Origin: Lepidodermella squamata | Taxonomy: Eukaryota; Animalia; Gastrotricha | Length of the DNA: 64,000 nt | Assembly (NCBI GenBank): GCA_047495785.1 | Contig: JBLDXI010000030.1 | Location: 620,001 to 684,000, forward strand | Direction: 5' to 3' | Part shown: positions 58,754 through 64,000 of the stretch, in pieces | Numbering within the stretch: the first letter of the stretch is position 1 | Layout of the letters: the number at the start of each line of letters is the position of its first letter | Translations under genes and position numbers: made by a program | The notes under the pieces: generated by a model | Database searches by the model: none | What the model was told of the DNA's origin: nothing | The model's input: only the letters and a program-made list of their open reading frames with translations

Positions 58754-60890
58754 GAACTTGGCAGTGTGTTTTCATCAGCACCAACTTCCACTTATCCGAG
58801 AAGTCTCATCATTTGTTATGGATTGTTATGGACCAATACTAGTCGGTAGTAACAAAAATTACATTTGCATCACCTTCCGTTGGCGTGCTGCCAACTTTTG
58901 CTGCTAAGTTCAGCTTTTACCATGTAAAATGGGTGCATCGATTTGGGACCCCATTTGTTATATCTGACAGCAGCGCATAACAAACGTGAGAATTTGTTAT
59001 ATAACGTAACAAATGACGCTGATTACGATGGTGCTTTTTATTTTACCATCAGCATCACCTGGACAGGTGTGGATCGAAAAAACCAGGTATGGTGGCTTAC
59101 CTGAGCAGGTAGGGTGCGTCTCATGACCTCGAGATAATTTTTTTCGGATTCTCCGTCGTAAATTACTGGTATTCACAAAATTGTATGAATTTCTGATACA
59201 CATAACTCACGAAATGAGAAATACAATGATATTACACAGAGTTGCAATTTCAGTGATTTGTTGATGTCAGTCTATAATGAGAGTTACTCGCTTGAAAGCG
59301 GAAACTTGGATTCTTCAACATTGTACCGTGTGTCTAATAATGGGTGCAATAGGGTAAAAAATGATGCAGAATTCAACCGTGCTATTGTCTAATCAATAAA
59401 ACTTATTTCTACGTGGCTAATTGATCACGTGACCTAGAGCCGCTTAATCAAGTTTCTGATGGGTGCGAATTTAATTATTTTACCCTATTTTTTATAACTG
59501 TCAGCACATCATAAAAAACGTGGTATTTTGTCCTATATGGTAATAATTGGCGCTGAAAACGCTGGTGATGTTTATTTTACTATCAGCACCTTCTGGACAG
59601 GTGAGGATTGCTAAGAACAGGTAAGGTGTCTTCCAGCGAGCATCAAGTGAGACTCTATTCTGAATTCGTTTCAAGGCAATTTTATTGAATTTTATGAAAT
59701 TGATGAAAGTTATGAGGTTCTACTGTTGTTCTACATGTTGATCCGATGTCCTGAAAGAAGCCGAGTGGACCTACATGTTTGTTTTGTTTCCATAACCGTC
59801 GTAGCCGAATTTCCGAATTTCCGAAATTGATGAGCAAGAAAAGTAAGAAACTCGAGGTGAATAATGTGAGTATAGGCATACATCTTTGAAATAGATATTA
59901 ATTTTCGTATCAGAAATCAGAATAAACCATAGCACTTGCTGATCTGAAGTATTCCAAAATTTAAGAGTATCAATAAACAAATTAAATAATTATTCCTCAA
60001 AGAAGGTAACGAATATTATTGACTTTCTCGCACGAAAAGGTCATATTAACAGAATAAAATATTATAGGTAATCATAAAATTAACATCACCAACGTTTTTC
60101 AGGGCTACTTTTTATCTTCTAGAATTAAAATTCCACATTTGTTACGTAGCGCTGTCAGTTAAAAAAATATCGTAATCTAATTCATTTCAGACCCATTTTA
60201 AATTTGAATAGCCGGCTACGTATCACGTGGTCAATTAACCGCCAAGCCGTCAATTATATTCTTTAGACAATAGAGATGTTAATTTCTGCATCATTTATTA
60301 CCCTAGTGCACTCATTAAAATGTGAAGTTGATGTAAAATAATCCAAGCTTTCGCTGCCAAGCAAGTAATTTTCATTGCAAACGGCCATAATCGACATTGA
60401 AATTGCAACTTTAGTTAAACTCGCTTTTATTTCTGGAGTTATATGAATCGAAAGTTCGCAATACTTTGTGAAACATGGTAATTTACCACGGAGAATCCGA
60501 AAAAAATTATCTCGAGGTCATGAGACGCACCCTACCTGCTCAGGTAAGCCACCATACCTGGTTTTTTCGATCCACACCTGTCCAGGTGATGCTGATGGTA
60601 AAATAAAAAGCACCATCGTAATCAGCGTCATTTGTTACGTTATATAACAAATTCTCACGTTTGTTATGCGCTGCTGTCAGATATAACAAATGGGGTCCCA
60701 AATCGATGCACCCATTTTACATGGTAAAAGCTGAACTTAGCAGCAAAAGTTGGCAGCACGCCAACGGAAGGTGATGCAAATGTAATTTTTGTTTCTACCG
60801 ACTAGTATTGGTCCATAACAATCCATAACAAATGATGAGACTTCTCGGATAAGTGGAAGTTGGTGCTGATGAAAACACACTGCTAGGTTC
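58754..60890. mobile_element. 2.1-kb foldback element with ~800-bp inverted arms
   Basis: 58761-59156 is a near-perfect reverse complement of 60488-60883; degenerate inverted similarity continues to about 59570/60080. Confidence 0.85.
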
Positions 60891-61350
60891 CGTTGGGTAC
60901 CTTATTTCAGTTTTCCCACACGTTTATTGGCAAAAGCGCGAATATAAGTGAAAAATATATCACAGCAGATTCATTGAAGATTGAAGTCATCACTTAAGGT
61001 TATTGAGTTGAATATATATCAATTGAGATAGCATCAGGCATCAGATGAGGATCGCACCTGACTGGAGGGGCTCAAGACCTTTCCGATATTGAGCTTGCCA
61101 GTTATGGAGGGCTGATTCGACACTTGTAGCTAACGCTAGAATTTCTCAAGGTTTTACTCCTTTATGGAAAGTAGGAAGGTATTCTCTATTTTACACAAGT
61201 AATAAGTAGCCAGTATATGTGTATACTCAAGGGGGCAAAGTAAGTGGCTACTATGATTATGGCCACCGATTGGCGAATTCTACATGCTTTAAGCTTGAAA
61301 AGTACAGATCAGTCTTGAATTAGCCGTTTGTTCATTGCAAATCATCAGAG

Positions 61351-61617
61351 TTAAGGCGTAGGAGCCAAAATGGTCACGGCTGCGCATTTAGCACTGCAAA
61401 GGCCAAAAGCGGAGTTGCAGGCGATGATTGCAGGCGGAGTAGCTGCCGACACGGTAATTGTTCCAAAAATTGCACCAGCGGCAGCGTAGCAAGCCCCGAC
61501 TAGGGCAGCACATCCAGCTTGACAAATGCCGTACAGCGCCGGCCCGCCTTGGACAGGTGTAACCAATTGCACTCCGATTGCGAGCGCGATGACCAAAATA
61601 ATCTTGTGTTGATTCAT
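61351..61617 (-). CDS. Small secreted 6-Cys hydrophobic peptide, copy 3
   Basis: MNQHKIILVIALAIGVQLVTPVQG plus GPALYGICQAGC...; flanks also duplicated relative to copy 1. Confidence 0.88.
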   Translation of the reverse strand: MNQHKIILVIALAIGVQLVTPVQGGPALYGICQAGCAALVGACYAAAGAIFGTITVSAATPPAIIACNSAFGLCSAKCAAVTILAPTP

Positions 61618-63190
61618 CTTACCTTTGCCTTGGATGGTACAGCAGGTAACCGTATTGGGTTATCTGACGGCTTATTTAAGCATTAAGACCTAATCATAAT
61701 TACAGGAAGTTGGAAATAAAAGCTGATCGATTTGCTATTGGCAGAAATACAAGATACTCTACACTCTACGATACATGTGAAGTAAAGAGCGAAAGAAGGG
61801 GAATAGAAAGATAAAGCTGAAGGATACATGTGTAAAAAACGAAAAAGAAAAGAGGAAAAAGAAAAAATGTGGATAGGCGGGCCTTTGTAAATGGTGGTGG
61901 ATCGAAAGTGACACGTCAGCGTGGAACTCGCTAGAAAGTTGCCGATTAATCATCAATCAAGCGGTTAGGGGATTGCTTATATGCTTATATTATTATATAA
62001 CGCAATATAGCTTGCTATATTATGAGTTAATAATTCATAATTTCCACTCCCCCTGCGCTTCTATTATTGCGGTGTATAGTGTATAGGCAACGCGATGCAT
62101 AATCGATTTTTAGGAAGATTCGCATCTAAACATTTTCGCTTTATCTGAAACCGCTTAGTTTTCGATGGTATTCTCATTTCTTTTCAAGCCAACTTTTAGG
62201 AAGCTAAAGGTAAAGCAGCGTAACTAACGCAATGCTCCGCAAACTTTTATTTATTTACACTCTAATTTTCTTTGGAAAATTCATTGTTGTTGTTAATTCA
62301 TTGTTCTTCATCGCGATTGCGCATTTTTGCGGTTGCTTGCACGGAAAATTGCGTACATTGGACCCCATTCCAACCATTTGCTTCGAAGCTGAGAGGGGGA
62401 AGATGAAGAAATGATCCGAGAACGTACGCTGTTCTAGGCAGTCGATCGTGTCTTGTAAATAAAACAGTTCTATGATGTTTACTTAACGATTTGACTGTTG
62501 CGATTTTTGTTGTTAGTTTTATAAAGTATGCGGCATACAGTTTTCAAGCTATATTTTTTGAACCGAAGATGATACGAAGGCCCTCTTTCTTTTTTGCAAA
62601 ATGAAGCTTGCGTTTCAGGAAAGTTCAGAAGCTCCATCCACACACAAAATAATGTCCAAGTTTGCTCTCTACGAAACATCTTGGCAATCAGCCATTCGCT
62701 CATAATCTGCCTGTCGCTAACGGAACGGTGGGCACCAGGCCCGGCTTAGGAAAACCGTGGCAGCCTTCAGCCTTCAGACTCGCAGCGACCACCCATGCCA
62801 CTTGTCAATGCTGCTCGGACGCTCAACCGAGACAAAGGAGTCCGGACAAAGGCCCGACTGCTGGAGCAACTAGTGGCAGTTCAACTATCGCCAACAATCC
62901 CCGCTCCGAAAGCTGGCGCCTGCAGCCAGAATCTCGTTGCCAGAATTAGTGCCAGAACTGCCAGCTGCCAGAACTAGGCGTGTGCCAAGGACAATTTTTC
63001 TTCAATCCAGTTTCGCTTCCTTCCCTTCGATTTTTCATGAGCTTATCCAGGGCAAACATTAAGTCCCTTTATTAGACACTGATTGCTGTTTCACAATGCA
63101 AGAATGTGACAGCTAGACATCAAAAATTAGACGGAGCAAAGTTCGAAAATTCAAACATACTTTGATGTTTTTGGTGGTGAATTACAAATA

Positions 63191-63369
63191 GGGTAAACAT
63201 TTCTTCATCCGACCAATGTCTTATCCGACAACCAAACATGTGACTAAAACCTGCCGATTTGCTTTTCCATATTTTCAAAAAAATTTAGTCGGATGATTTT
63301 AGTCACATTTTTGATTGTCGGATGAAATAAGACATTGGTCGGAGGTCGGATGAAAAAAGTCACACCCTA
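63191..63369. mobile_element. Small palindromic MITE with (A)TCCGAC repeats
   Basis: Inverted TTCATCCGACC/GGTCGGATGAA and CCGACCAATGTCTTAT arms; TACAAATA duplicated at 63183-63190 and 63370-63377. Confidence 0.7.
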
Positions 63370-63974
63370 TACAAATAGGAAATAGGGGATAGGACCCAAA
63401 CAATATTACATGCCGCGCAAAATTTGAAGCGTTTAAAAATAGCATTGGTTACTTGATTGCATTTGTCTATCACTTGTTTATTATCATCTTATAAAGTCTA
63501 GATTAGTATCAATATAAAACACAGAGATCTTTAACTACGTTTTCAACGGGCACGATAAAATCCCTGATTATAATCCCTGAAATTATAGTCACATTTTTTA
63601 ATTAAATCGTTTTGAAGAGCCTAACATTCATCGATAGTATGAATATCTTTATACAATTTCGTGTCGTCACCGAAGTATTCAGGTTTAATACTATAATTAG
63701 GAAAGAGACACTTGAGATAGCATCAGATAAGAATCGCACCTGACTGGAAGGGCTCAGGATTGAGCACAGCAGTTATTAAGGGCTGATTCATCACTTGAGT
63801 AGCCACCGGCTAGAATTCCACAAATTTAACATCCACAAGGGAACCTAACTTACTGTAATATGGACATAAGAGGAAAAAGAATGACGCGAGTATTTCCAGT
63901 ATTTCTGCTTAAATTAAGCTTGAATAAGTGAGTTTTCAAGTCAGTCACGATTTAGCTGTTGGTATCATTGTAGA

Positions 63975-64000
63975 TCATGGCGTCGGAGCCAAAATGGTAA
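63975..64000 (-). CDS. 3' end of 6-Cys peptide copy 4 (continues past the window)
   Basis: ...TILAPTP* with a downstream flank (GCATCAGATAAGAATCGCACC) shared with copies 1 and 3. Confidence 0.75.

Noticed and set aside
62232-62977. Short ORFs and GCCAGAA/CAGCCTT micro-repeats
   Set aside because: No recognisable domain, consistent splice model or element termini.

Overview
Eukaryotic (invertebrate-animal-like) genomic DNA with very short GT-AG introns (mostly about 45-90 nt). Bases 1-7850 are one arm of an apparently intact Maverick/Polinton (adintovirus-like) endogenous virus. It encodes an integrase with chromodomain, penton, core protein, major capsid protein, adenain protease, packaging ATPase and a PW-like protein, and ends in ACTACT. 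Four of its genes (integrase, major capsid, protease, a small Cys/His gene) look broken in the ORF track but are cleanly repaired by short spliceosomal introns. The element is inserted in the Cys-loop of a host ligand-gated ion channel gene. The host region has a chemoreceptor-like cluster (4 divergent Cys-loop channels, 2 class C GPCRs plus a fragment, 1 class A GPCR) and two tandem genes with an unusual signal peptide-Sushi-furin site-ankyrin array architecture. It also has an intracellular ankyrin gene, a soluble MPEG1/perforin-2-like MACPF gene, a Patched-related gene, three orphan single-pass membrane paralogues, an MFS transporter, divergent nuclear-receptor-like paralogues and a tandem family of small secreted 6-Cys peptides. 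Many non-autonomous transposons are interspersed (MITEs, foldbacks, a CACTA-like element carrying a tRNA-Gly-derived segment). All family assignments come from motif recognition by eye; no database search was run.
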